The position numbers and the translations under genes are program-made. Positions 1 through 8,730 of a stretch of 63,238 nt of DNA are shown here, piece after piece (position 1 is the first letter of the stretch; every line of letters begins with the position of its first letter). The DNA comes from Clostridia bacterium DTU022 (lineage in GTDB: Bacteria > Bacillota > Dethiobacteria > DTU022). Under the pieces are notes generated by a model, which saw only the letters and a list, made by a program, of their open reading frames with translations, was not told the origin of the DNA and made no database searches. The DNA lies in contig LFRQ01000013.1 in the NCBI GenBank assembly GCA_001512835.1, forward strand, positions 1 to 63,238. Direction: 5' to 3'.

Positions 1-76
1 TGGCAGGGGAGACAGGACTTGAACCCGCAACCTACGGTTTTGGAGACCGTTGCTCTGCCAGTTGAGCTACTCCCCT
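1..76 (-). tRNA. trnW: tRNA-Trp (anticodon CCA), 3' CCA encoded
   Basis: Reverse complement reads AGGGGAGTAGCTCAACTGGCAGAGCAACGGTCTCCAAAACCGTAGGTTGCGGGTTCAAGTCCTGTCTCCCCTGCCA. It has a 7-bp acceptor stem, D stem GCTC/GAGC, anticodon stem ACGGT/ACCGT with loop CTCCAAA, and T loop TTCAAGT. Confidence 0.9.
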
Positions 77-353
77 ACCAGCACATCTTATTTTAATGCA
101 ATTGGCGCGGCCTGTCAATGAAACGGCCGTGTAAAAGTTTTTAGATTCCTTGGTGTTTGTTCTAAAGTATTTTCCCGCCATTTAAGCATGCACAAAAAAG
201 GGGTAAATAGATGGATTTAATCAAGAATTGCGAGCAATTGCGCCCGTTTCGTCAATCCTGTCTTAATACAGCGGCTGGCTGCCGCCAGTATTGCAATGGC
301 GTCTTTAATCATATAAAATAAAATAGATAATCTATATAAGGAGGCGAGAGGCT

Positions 354-1157
354 GTGCCAAAGCTGGGTTTAATTGGCTGTGGAGCCATGGGTTCCGCCCT
401 GGCCAAGGGAATAGTAAAGCACGGCGGCGTCTCCCCGGATAATTTTTATGTTTATGACATTGTTCCCGAGCGCATGGAGGACCTGGTCCTTTCCCTGGGC
501 TGCCGCTCCGGCAATCTGGAAGAACTCTGCCGGGAATGCGACCTGCTCATCTTGGCGGTAAAGCCCCAGGACGTAGAGAACGTACTTGCCTCCATGGCCG
601 GGTTCTTCAGAAAAGAGCAGCTCCTGGTTTCCGTTGCCGCCGGGATTAGCACCCGGTCTATTGAGAAGCTGCTGCCCGCCGGCAGCAAGGTAATCCGGCT
701 CATGCCCAATACCCCCTGCTTAATCGGCGCGGGAGCGGTGGCCGTCTCTTCCGGGAAGGAAGTGACCCTAGAGGAGCTGGAATATGTAGAAAGCTTGCTT
801 ACTCCCCTGGGGATGGTTAAAAGGGTGCCGGAAAAATTGATGGAGGCCGTAACCGGCTTGAGCGGAAGCGGCCCCGCCTTTGCATTTTATTTTATAGAAG
901 CGCTAATCGATGGCGGCGTGGAAGCTGGATTGAGCCGGGACCTGGCCACCGACCTGGCTGCCCAAACCGTGCTGGGAGCGGCGCGAATGCTGCTGGAAAG
1001 CGGGCGCCACCCGGCCGAGTTGAAAAATGCGGTGACCTCGCCGGGGGGCACCACTAGCGCCGGCCTGCTGGCCCTGGAGGAGGGCGCAGCCAGGGCGGCG
1101 ATCATAAAGGCGGTAACCCAGGCGGCCCGCAGGGCGGGAGAGTTGAAGCGTGAGTGA
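354..1157 (+). CDS. proC: pyrroline-5-carboxylate reductase
   Basis: 267-aa ORF. N-terminal Rossmann motif GLIGCGAMGSALAKG and C-terminal P5CR signature SPGGTTSAGL. GTG start follows AAGGAGG. Confidence 0.9.
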   Translation: MPKLGLIGCGAMGSALAKGIVKHGGVSPDNFYVYDIVPERMEDLVLSLGCRSGNLEELCRECDLLILAVKPQDVENVLASMAGFFRKEQLLVSVAAGISTRSIEKLLPAGSKVIRLMPNTPCLIGAGAVAVSSGKEVTLEELEYVESLLTPLGMVKRVPEKLMEAVTGLSGSGPAFAFYFIEALIDGGVEAGLSRDLATDLAAQTVLGAARMLLESGRHPAELKNAVTSPGGTTSAGLLALEEGAARAAIIKAVTQAARRAGELKRE

Positions 1158-2259
1158 GAACAAGGGGCGGCGCGTGGTAGTCAAGGTGGGCACCAGGCTG
1201 CTGACCGACGCCACGGGCAATTTAAAGCTGGAATATATTGAAAAACTGGTCCACGAACTGGCGCAGCTGAAAAACGAAGGCCACGAGCTGATCCTGGTCT
1301 CTTCCGGCGCCATTGGGGCCGGCGTGGGCAAGCTGGGCATGACCAGGAGGCCCACGGCCATACCGGAAAAGCAGGCGGCGGCCGCGGTGGGACAAGGCTT
1401 GCTGATCCAGATTTACGAGAAATATTTTGCCGACTATGGGCTGGTGGTGGCCCAGATCCTGCTTACGCGCTCCGATCTGATCAGCCGGCGCCGCTGCATC
1501 AATGCCAGCAATACCGTTCTAACCCTGCTGCGCTGGGGCGTAATCCCCATTATTAACGAAAACGACACCGTTTCCGTGGAGGAAATCAAGTTCGGGGACA
1601 ACGACCGCCTTTCGGCTCTGGTGGCCGCCCTGATCGATGCCAATCTTCTTATCATTCTCACAACTGTGGACGGTCTGTACGACGGCAATCCGCAACAAGA
1701 GGGCGCCCGCCTGATACCTGTTGTGAAAAAAATAACCAGGGATATAAAGGCTATCGCCGGACCCTCCGGCGACGATCTGGCTACCGGCGGCATGATTACC
1801 AAGCTTAAGGCGGCCGAGATTGTCACCAAGTCCGGAATCGGCATGTATATAGCCAACGGAACCGACCCTACTATCCTGGGCCGCATTCTAAAAGGGGAGC
1901 AGCTGGGCACCTATTTTCAGCCGGAAAAGAACGTTTTAAACCGGCGCAAGCGCTGGATCGCCTACGGGAGAGTGGTTCGGGGCAGCATCGTAATCGACGA
2001 TGGAGCCAAAATCGCCCTCTGCCAGGGCGGCAAGAGCCTGCTACCCGTGGGCGTGATCCAGGTTAAGGGAGAATTCAAGCGAGGCGACCTGATTTCTGTT
2101 TATGACCGATCGGACAACGAAGTGGGGAGGGGGCTGAGCAATTTTTCCTCCGAGGAGTTGCTCCTGATTATGAGGCACAGCAGCTCGCAAATTCCCGCTC
2201 TGCTGGGCCGTCCGGCCGAGGAAGAGGTAATACACCGCGATAACCTGGTTGTATACTAA
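1150..2259 (+). CDS. proB: glutamate 5-kinase with C-terminal PUA domain
   Basis: 369 aa. Amino-acid kinase motifs (VVKVGT, VSSGAIGAG, GDNDRLSA) followed by a PUA-like C-terminus. GTG start overlaps the proC stop. Confidence 0.9.
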   Translation: MSENKGRRVVVKVGTRLLTDATGNLKLEYIEKLVHELAQLKNEGHELILVSSGAIGAGVGKLGMTRRPTAIPEKQAAAAVGQGLLIQIYEKYFADYGLVVAQILLTRSDLISRRRCINASNTVLTLLRWGVIPIINENDTVSVEEIKFGDNDRLSALVAALIDANLLIILTTVDGLYDGNPQQEGARLIPVVKKITRDIKAIAGPSGDDLATGGMITKLKAAEIVTKSGIGMYIANGTDPTILGRILKGEQLGTYFQPEKNVLNRRKRWIAYGRVVRGSIVIDDGAKIALCQGGKSLLPVGVIQVKGEFKRGDLISVYDRSDNEVGRGLSNFSSEELLLIMRHSSSQIPALLGRPAEEEVIHRDNLVVY

Positions 2260-2276
2260 AAGAGAGGAGTTTGATC

Positions 2277-3530
2277 ATGCACCATAGCGAGGTAGTGCAG
2301 AAAGCCCAGGGTGCCCGGGCGGCAGCCAAGGTCCTGGCCACGGTCTCCAGTGCGGACAAGAACCGCGCCCTGCACTATATTGCCGAAGCTCTGGAGAAAG
2401 AAGCGGAGTCGATCATTGCGGCCAATGCCATAGACTTGGAAAACCTTAAGAAAAAAGAGAGTTATACCAAGGCCTTTTATGACCGTCTCCTGCTGAACCG
2501 GGAGCGCATCGCCGGGATGGCGGCGGGGCTGCGGGATATCGCCGCCCTGGAGGATCCCGTGGGCGAGGTAACGGGCATGTGGTACCGGTCCGGCCTGCAG
2601 ATCGGCCAGGTGCGGGTTCCCATCGGCGTAATCGGCATTATCTACGAAGCCCGGCCCAATGTTACCGTGGATGCCGCCGGCCTGACCCTGAAATCCGGCA
2701 ACGCCGTAATCCTCCGCGGCAGCTCCGAGGCCATCAACTCCAACAAAGCCCTGGTGGCCATCATTCAAAACCAGCTGGTGCGGGCCGGCTTGCCCCGGGA
2801 GTCGGTGACCCTGATCGAAGATACCAGCCGGGTCGCCGCCCAGGAGTTGATGCGTCTCAACCAGTACGTGGACCTCTTGATCCCCCGGGGCGGGCCTTCC
2901 CTGATTAACACCGTCATCGAAAACGCCACGGTTCCGGTAATCCAAACGGGGGCGGGGAACTGCCACACCTACATCGACGCCGGTGCCGATGTGGAGATGG
3001 CCGTCAAGATTGCCGTCAACGCCAAGGTCCAGCGTCCCGGTGTCTGCAATGCCATGGAAACCCTGCTGGTTCATGCCGACATTGCCGACGCTTTCCTGCC
3101 GGCCGTTATCCCCGCGCTGCGGAAGGAAGGGGTCGAGATCAGGGGCTGCGAGCGCACCCGGCGCTACAGCCCGGAGGTGGTCCCGGCCCAAGAGGAGGAC
3201 TGGGAGACGGAGTACCTGGATCTCATCCTGGCCGTAAAGGTGGTGGACAGCTTAGACGAGGCCATCGAGCACATTAACCGGTACAGCACCCAGCACTCGG
3301 AAGCCATTGTTACCGAAAACTACCACCGGGCCCGGGAGTTTCTCAACCGGGTTGACTCCGCGGCGGTATACGTGAACGCCTCCACCCGCTTTACTGACGG
3401 GGGAGAGTTCGGCCTGGGAGCGGAGATGGGCATCAGCACGCAAAAGCTGCATGTCCGCGGTCCCATGGGTCTCAAGGCTTTAACCAGCCTCAAGTACATC
3501 ATCTATGGAGCAGGCCAAGTGCGCCAGTAA
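2277..3530 (+). CDS. proA: gamma-glutamyl phosphate reductase
   Basis: ALDH-fold protein with the ProA catalytic-Cys context RPGVCNAMETLLVH. ATG at 2277 lies 7 nt after GGAG; the ORF is open from TTG 2271. Confidence 0.9.
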   Translation: MHHSEVVQKAQGARAAAKVLATVSSADKNRALHYIAEALEKEAESIIAANAIDLENLKKKESYTKAFYDRLLLNRERIAGMAAGLRDIAALEDPVGEVTGMWYRSGLQIGQVRVPIGVIGIIYEARPNVTVDAAGLTLKSGNAVILRGSSEAINSNKALVAIIQNQLVRAGLPRESVTLIEDTSRVAAQELMRLNQYVDLLIPRGGPSLINTVIENATVPVIQTGAGNCHTYIDAGADVEMAVKIAVNAKVQRPGVCNAMETLLVHADIADAFLPAVIPALRKEGVEIRGCERTRRYSPEVVPAQEEDWETEYLDLILAVKVVDSLDEAIEHINRYSTQHSEAIVTENYHRAREFLNRVDSAAVYVNASTRFTDGGEFGLGAEMGISTQKLHVRGPMGLKALTSLKYIIYGAGQVRQ

Positions 3531-3581
3531 ATCAGTTTTGGACACGCAGCAAAAACGCCAGCACAAGCATAAAAAAAGGAG

Positions 3582-4769
3582 GTGCCCTCGTTGGCCAAGC
3601 GTTTTCAAGAAGCCCTCAAGGATGGTTCCATAATTTTCGTGGATACTACGCTGCGGGACGGGGAGCAGACGGCCGGGGTTGTATTCTCAAACGAGGAGAA
3701 AATTCGCATTGCCCGCATGCTCGATTCCATAGGCGTCCATCAAATCGAAGCCGGTATCCCGGCCATGGAAGGAGATGAAAAGCAGGCCATCGCCGACATT
3801 GTCGGCCTTAATCTCCAGGCCAGCATTATGGCCTGGAACAGGGCCAATATCAACGATATCAAGCGCTCCCTGGAATGCGGTGTAGATGCCGTCGCCATCT
3901 CCATTTCCACTTCCGACATCCACATTACCCACAAGCTGCGCACCTCCCGGGAGTGGGTCCTGGAAAACATGACCAAGGCCGTTGAGTTTGCTAAGAATGC
4001 CGGGGTTTACGTATCGGTCAACGCCGAAGACGCTTCCCGCAGCGATTGGGATTTCCTGGTCCAGTTTGCCCGGCGGGCCAAAGAGGCGGGCGCCGATCGT
4101 CTCCGCTTCTGCGATACGGTGGGTGTCCTGGAGCCTTTCAAGACTTATGAAACCATAAGCCGCCTGCTGGAGGCCACGGGCATGGAAATAGAGATGCACA
4201 CCCACAACGATTTTGGCATGGCCACGGCCAATGCCCTGGCCGGGGTGAAGGCAGGAGCGCGCTTTGTGGGGGTGACGGTAAACGGTTTGGGCGAACGGGC
4301 GGGCAATGCCGCCCTGGAAGAGGTGGCCATGGCCTTGAAATACCTCTTCGGCGTGGAGTTGAAGGTAAAAATCAAGGATTTCCTGGAGCTTTGCCAGTAC
4401 GTGGCCCGGGCCTCGGGGCGCCCCCTTTCCGTTCACAAGCCCATCGTGGGTGCCAACACTTTTGCCCACGAGTCGGGGATCCATGCCGACGGCGTAATCA
4501 AAAACCCCCATACTTACGAGGTATTCAGTCCGGAAGAAATTGGCCTGGAGCGGCAGATTATCATCGGCAAGCATTCCGGGTCCCATGCCATCATCGCCAA
4601 GTTCAAGGAATACGGCATCGATCTCTCCCGGGAGGAAGCCGAGGAGATCCTGGCGAAGGTGCGCAAGGTTACCGTCAATTTGAAGCGAACCCTTTTCGAC
4701 AAGGAGCTCATGTATATATATGAGGATTACCTCCACGAAAAGCGGAACGCGGCCCTTGGAGGGAAATAA
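3582..4769 (+). CDS. short HMGL/IPMS-family synthase (homocitrate synthase NifV-like; Re-citrate or citramalate synthase are alternatives)
   Basis: 395 aa with DTTLRDGEQ and HTHNDFGMATANALAG metal/substrate motifs of the 2-isopropylmalate/homocitrate synthase family. It lacks the LeuA C-terminal regulatory domain. The start is uncertain (GTG 3582 or TTG 3591). Confidence 0.75.
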   Translation: MPSLAKRFQEALKDGSIIFVDTTLRDGEQTAGVVFSNEEKIRIARMLDSIGVHQIEAGIPAMEGDEKQAIADIVGLNLQASIMAWNRANINDIKRSLECGVDAVAISISTSDIHITHKLRTSREWVLENMTKAVEFAKNAGVYVSVNAEDASRSDWDFLVQFARRAKEAGADRLRFCDTVGVLEPFKTYETISRLLEATGMEIEMHTHNDFGMATANALAGVKAGARFVGVTVNGLGERAGNAALEEVAMALKYLFGVELKVKIKDFLELCQYVARASGRPLSVHKPIVGANTFAHESGIHADGVIKNPHTYEVFSPEEIGLERQIIIGKHSGSHAIIAKFKEYGIDLSREEAEEILAKVRKVTVNLKRTLFDKELMYIYEDYLHEKRNAALGGK

Positions 4770-4884
4770 ACAAAATCAGCTTTTAACCCGGCTTTAATGT
4801 ATTTAGGGCTGGGTTTTTTTATTTTGCAGTAAGCCGGAAAAAATGGGATAAGCTATAGATGAGCCCCAAAATTCAGGAGAGGTG

Positions 4885-5181
4885 ATGGCCATGATGGAAG
4901 ATTTATTCACCGCGGGCTTAGGGTTTCTGGCTTTAAGCAAGGAGAAGACGGAAGAGATGATCGAGTACCTGGTCAGCAAGGGGGATATGAAGCGGGAAGA
5001 AGCCAAAAAACTGGTTAACCGCCTAATGGAAAAAGGGAAGGAAGAGCGGGAGCGCATGAAAGCCCAGATAAAGGAGAGAAGCGCCCAGCTGGCCAGGGAG
5101 AGGATTACCCGGGAAGACCTGGAACGGATCGAAGCCAAGCTGGATGAACTCCTGGCGCTGGTAAAAGAAAAGCTGGCATGA
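4885..5181 (+). CDS. phasin-like coiled-coil protein (COG3937-type), upstream partner of UbiB
   Basis: About 98 aa, Lys/Glu-rich helical sequence (EEAKKLVNRLMEKGKEERERMKAQIKE). AGGAGAGG RBS. Stop overlaps the ubiB start (ATGA). Confidence 0.55.
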   Translation: MAMMEDLFTAGLGFLALSKEKTEEMIEYLVSKGDMKREEAKKLVNRLMEKGKEERERMKAQIKERSAQLARERITREDLERIEAKLDELLALVKEKLA

Positions 5182-6848
5182 GCCATCCCTGGGGACCCCT
5201 GCGGCAGCTTCGCTATATCAAACGCTACCGCCAGATCCTGAAAGTTTTGATCAAGTACGGTTTTTTGCCGGTCCTGGAGCGGCTGAAGCTGTTCAGGCTC
5301 CGGGGAAAGCTTTTCTTTCGCCGCCCGGCAGAAAAAGATCTGGCCGTTATGAACAAGGAGAAGCGCCTGCGGCTGGCCCTGGAAGAACTGGGGCCCACTT
5401 TTATTAAAATCGGCCAACTGTTGAGCAACCGTGTCGACCTTCTGCCGGCAAGCTATATTCAGGAGCTCTCGCTACTCCAGGATCAGGTGAAGCCTTTCCC
5501 GGCAGCCAAGGCCAAGGAGGCTGTCGAGAGGGAGCTGAAGCTGCCCCTGCCGGAGCTCTTCCAGGAATTCGCAGAGGAGCCCCTGGCGGCGGCCTCCATC
5601 GCCCAGGTTCACCGGGCCCGCCTGTTTAACGGGGAGGATGTGGTGCTCAAGATCAAGCGCCCGGAGATTGAGCAGCAGATGCTCATGGACCTGGAAATAT
5701 TGTCGGTAATTGCCGAGTTCATCGACCGGCAAACCCCTCCTGAATATTTTTACCGGTTCGGGCGCCTCGCCGAAGAGTTGACCCAGATTGTAAAAGGCGA
5801 GCTGGACTTTCTGGCCGAAGCCCGCAACGCCCGCCGGTTCCGGCAGAATTTTAAAGACCACCCCCATGTCTACATCCCTCGGGTGTACTGGGAGTATACC
5901 ACGAGAAACGTCCTCACCCTGGAATATAGGGAAGGGATCAGTCTCAGCCATATCCTGCAGCAGCCCCGGGAAGGAGAGCTGCGCCCCATAGCCGAAATAT
6001 TTACCGACAGTCTATTTAAGCAGGTTTTCGTGGACGGCTTTTTTCACGGCGATCTCCACCCGGGCAATATTAAAATATTGCCTGACGGCAGGCTCTTCTT
6101 TATGGATTTCGGGACGGCGGGCTCGATCGACGACGAGCTCAGGAGCAAATTCGTCCTGATGCTCAAGGCTCTCCGGGAGGGCGACACGGAAACCCTGGTG
6201 GATGAACTCCTGGATTTTGCCTTTGTCCCGGAAGCCGTGGACCGGCGGGAGATAACCAGGGACCTGGAGGGCTTCCTGGAGCAGTACTATACGACCGCCT
6301 TAAAAGATGTTAATATAAGAGAGTTGGTGCAAAATGTGGCCCGGCTGGCCGGGAAGCACCAGATCCGGTTCCCTTATGAATTTCTGCTGCTGATGAAGGC
6401 CCTGGTCACCGCCGAGGGGACGGTGGCGCGCATCGATCCGGGTTTCAATATGGCGGAGGCCGCCAGGAAGTACGGCTTCTATTTGCAGAGGAGCCGCTGG
6501 AAGACCTCCTGGCGCCGCGTGCGGAGGGGCTGGCACGGCTACTGCAGCCTGGCGGAAGAGTTCCCCTACCGGGCCATGGAGCTCTTAAACCTGGCCGCTT
6601 CGGGCAATTTAAAGGTGCAGGTGGAGATTGAAAAAAGCTTCTACCTGGCCAGGCTGCTGAGCGGGGCCGTCAACCGCCTGGCTTTCAGTATTGTCCTGGC
6701 CGCCCTTATCGTCGGCCTCTCCCTGACGGCAACGGGAGCCGACCTGCCTTACCTGGGCCGGGCGCCGGCAAGCGAACTGTTCCTGGCCGCGGCGGCCGCG
6801 GCGGCCATCTGGTGGCTGGTCTCGATGCTGCGCTCAGGGCGCGTATAA
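5178..6848 (+). CDS. ubiB: ABC1/UbiB-family atypical protein kinase
   Basis: 556 aa. Contains LAAASIAQVHRA and the catalytic-loop-like FFHGDLHPGNI motif. Hydrophobic C-terminal helices. Confidence 0.85.
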   Translation: MSHPWGPLRQLRYIKRYRQILKVLIKYGFLPVLERLKLFRLRGKLFFRRPAEKDLAVMNKEKRLRLALEELGPTFIKIGQLLSNRVDLLPASYIQELSLLQDQVKPFPAAKAKEAVERELKLPLPELFQEFAEEPLAAASIAQVHRARLFNGEDVVLKIKRPEIEQQMLMDLEILSVIAEFIDRQTPPEYFYRFGRLAEELTQIVKGELDFLAEARNARRFRQNFKDHPHVYIPRVYWEYTTRNVLTLEYREGISLSHILQQPREGELRPIAEIFTDSLFKQVFVDGFFHGDLHPGNIKILPDGRLFFMDFGTAGSIDDELRSKFVLMLKALREGDTETLVDELLDFAFVPEAVDRREITRDLEGFLEQYYTTALKDVNIRELVQNVARLAGKHQIRFPYEFLLLMKALVTAEGTVARIDPGFNMAEAARKYGFYLQRSRWKTSWRRVRRGWHGYCSLAEEFPYRAMELLNLAASGNLKVQVEIEKSFYLARLLSGAVNRLAFSIVLAALIVGLSLTATGADLPYLGRAPASELFLAAAAAAAIWWLVSMLRSGRV

Positions 6849-6857
6849 GAGGAGGAG

Positions 6858-7808
6858 GTGGAGGCTGTGGGGGAGAAGATATATGGAATCGTGGATGTAG
6901 GCGGGACCAAGATCCTGGCTGTTCTCATGGACGACCACAGCAAAATCCTTTACCGGCACCGCTTTCCCACGCCGGTAAGCGACGACCCCGAGGTCCTCAT
7001 CGGGGAAATCAACGGGGCGCTTAAGGAAGGGATGGAAAAGGTCGGCGGCGCTGTCGAGGAGCTTTCCGGCCTGGGAATATGCGTTGCCGCCCTGGTGGAT
7101 CATAGAGAAGGGGCCGCCTACGAAGCCCCCAACCTGGGCTGGCACCGCCGGGTCCCCCTGAAAGAGATGCTGGCGAAATATTACCGCTGCCCCATTTTGG
7201 TGGAGAACGATGCCAACGCCGCCGTGGTGGGGGAAGTAAAATATGGCGCGGCCGTAGGGCACGACTGCGTCATCTATATCACCATCAGCACCGGCATCGG
7301 AAGCGGCCTCTATCTGGACGGCAAGCTGTACCGGGGGCATACCGGCTTTGCCGGTGAAACGGGCCACATGAAAGCTTTCGGCCGGGGGAGGAAATGCGGC
7401 TGCGGGGGGTCAGATTGTTTCGAAAGTTGGGCCTCGGGGGAGGCCGTGGCGCGCAGCGCCCGCCTGCTCTGGCCCAAACTCCAGCAGAAGGGGATCATCA
7501 ATACCGCCTGGGTGTTTGACCAGGCTGAGGCCAACAACCTCCTGGCCCGGAAGATAGTGGAGAAGTTCATTGAAGATATCGGCACCGGCCTGGCCAACCT
7601 GGTTACCCTTTTAAATCCCTCCTGCCTGGTCATCGGCGGAGGCGTTGTCGCCCGGCGGCCGGAACTGCTGGAGCAGATTCGTCATAAAATATTTGAACAG
7701 GCCGTCAAGCCAAGCGTGGAGGAGACCCAGTTGCAGATCCTCCCGGCTCGCCTGGAAGGCGACGCGGGCATTTGGGGCATGTATGCCTTGTTGCGGCAGG
7801 GTGACTAA
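6858..7808 (+). CDS. ROK-family glucokinase
   Basis: 316 aa. N-terminal DVGGTK ATPase motif and ROK zinc motif GHM...CGCGGSDCFESWASG. Confidence 0.85.
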   Translation: MEAVGEKIYGIVDVGGTKILAVLMDDHSKILYRHRFPTPVSDDPEVLIGEINGALKEGMEKVGGAVEELSGLGICVAALVDHREGAAYEAPNLGWHRRVPLKEMLAKYYRCPILVENDANAAVVGEVKYGAAVGHDCVIYITISTGIGSGLYLDGKLYRGHTGFAGETGHMKAFGRGRKCGCGGSDCFESWASGEAVARSARLLWPKLQQKGIINTAWVFDQAEANNLLARKIVEKFIEDIGTGLANLVTLLNPSCLVIGGGVVARRPELLEQIRHKIFEQAVKPSVEETQLQILPARLEGDAGIWGMYALLRQGD

Positions 7809-7810
7809 TC

Positions 7811-8473
7811 GTGGACTTCTTGGAACTATTTAATGAGATCAGGATATTTGCCAATATTGCCGTCCAGCGCTACGGCCTTGCCGGCATCGCCCTGGTGATG
7901 CTTTTGGAAAGCGCCGGAGTCCCCTTTGCCTCGGCGGTAATGTTAGTCACCGCCGGGAGCATGGTCTTCAGCGGCCAGGTCTCCATCTGGGAAATGGTGG
8001 GGGCCTCCACGGTGGGCATTACCTTGGGGAGCATCCTGAGCTACTCCCTGGGCTACCTCAGCAGCAAGCTGGGGCGGGTCATTAAATTTACCTTCTTTAA
8101 CGGGTGGGGCCGGAAAAAGGAGCCCCAGGGCTCCAAGTCCAAGCTAATTACGTTATGGGAAAAATACGGGAGCTTCTCCGTCTTCATGGGGCAGCTATGG
8201 GGCGTGACCAGGACTTTTATCTCTTTCCCGGCCGGGGCGATGCACATGAATTTCCTTCTTTTTGCGCTGTACACCGCCCTGGGAGGCTTCCTTTTTAGCC
8301 TGCTGGCCGTCGGCTTCAGCATGCTGCTTACCTCCACCCTGAGCTTCCTGGTAAAGTACTTAAATTTCTTGATGAACCTTTCGCCCTGGTACCTTCTGCT
8401 GGTGTTTCTGCTCCTGCTTCTCCTGGGGTTGTTCATAATGTTAAGGAGGCGCCGGAGCAAAGCTAAACTTTAA
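7811..8473 (+). CDS. DedA/VTT-family membrane protein
   Basis: 220 aa, multi-pass hydrophobic protein with a DedA-like N-terminal third (GLAGIALVMLLESAGVPF) and a basic C-terminal tail. Confidence 0.7.
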   Translation: MDFLELFNEIRIFANIAVQRYGLAGIALVMLLESAGVPFASAVMLVTAGSMVFSGQVSIWEMVGASTVGITLGSILSYSLGYLSSKLGRVIKFTFFNGWGRKKEPQGSKSKLITLWEKYGSFSVFMGQLWGVTRTFISFPAGAMHMNFLLFALYTALGGFLFSLLAVGFSMLLTSTLSFLVKYLNFLMNLSPWYLLLVFLLLLLLGLFIMLRRRRSKAKL

Positions 8474-8479
8474 AGGAGA

Positions 8480-8505
8480 AGGAAAAGAGCGGCCGAGCCG
8501 CTCTA
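8480..8505 (-). terminator. rho-independent terminator of the DUF1540 gene (hairpin shared with the dedA end)
   Basis: AGAGCGGC-cga-GCCGCTCT hairpin at 8486-8504. On the minus strand it is followed by TTTTCCTT. Confidence 0.5.
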
Positions 8506-8667
8506 TTCGTTCTCCATGGGTTCAAAAGTGTCGCAGCAGGTATTCTCCGAGCTTTCCGCCTCCATGCCTCCATCCTGGCAATTTACTTCAATGTCTTCGG
8601 CAACGCAATACATGTCCTTCCAGTAGTGGCAATTGGAGACGCTGCACTTTACTTTAATGGCGGCCAT
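8503..8667 (-). CDS. DUF1540-type small Cys-rich protein
   Basis: 54 aa starting MAAIKVKCSVSNCHYW...CCDTF, with paired Cys motifs typical of DUF1540. GGGGTGA RBS. The ORF is open upstream to 8691. Confidence 0.6.
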   Translation of the reverse strand: MAAIKVKCSVSNCHYWKDMYCVAEDIEVNCQDGGMEAESSENTCCDTFEPMENE

Positions 8668-8730
8668 CTTTATCACCCCGCTTCTATGCAAAATCCTATT
8701 ATATTTTGCACCGCATCCGGAAAGATATGA

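Noticed and set aside
77-353. Possible proline T-box or attenuator upstream of proC-proB-proA.
   Set aside because: No GGTGGTACCGCG-like T-box core was seen, and no terminator/antiterminator pair. Only weak local palindromes (AATTGCGAGCAATTGCG) are present.
2256-3191. Long antisense or alternative-frame ORFs embedded in recognised genes. Examples: 2256-3191 minus, 3687-4736 minus, 8699-9511 minus, 10356-11171 minus, 16049-16693 minus, 21414-22484 minus, 31047-32075 minus, 41823-42728 minus, 42741-43694 minus, 49525-50943 minus, 58277-59140 plus.
   Set aside because: Their products are Gly/Pro/Arg/Ala/His-rich low-complexity sequences with no motifs and no RBS. Each lies entirely opposite or out of frame within a gene whose product has clear family signatures. 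This is the expected artefact of GC-rich DNA.
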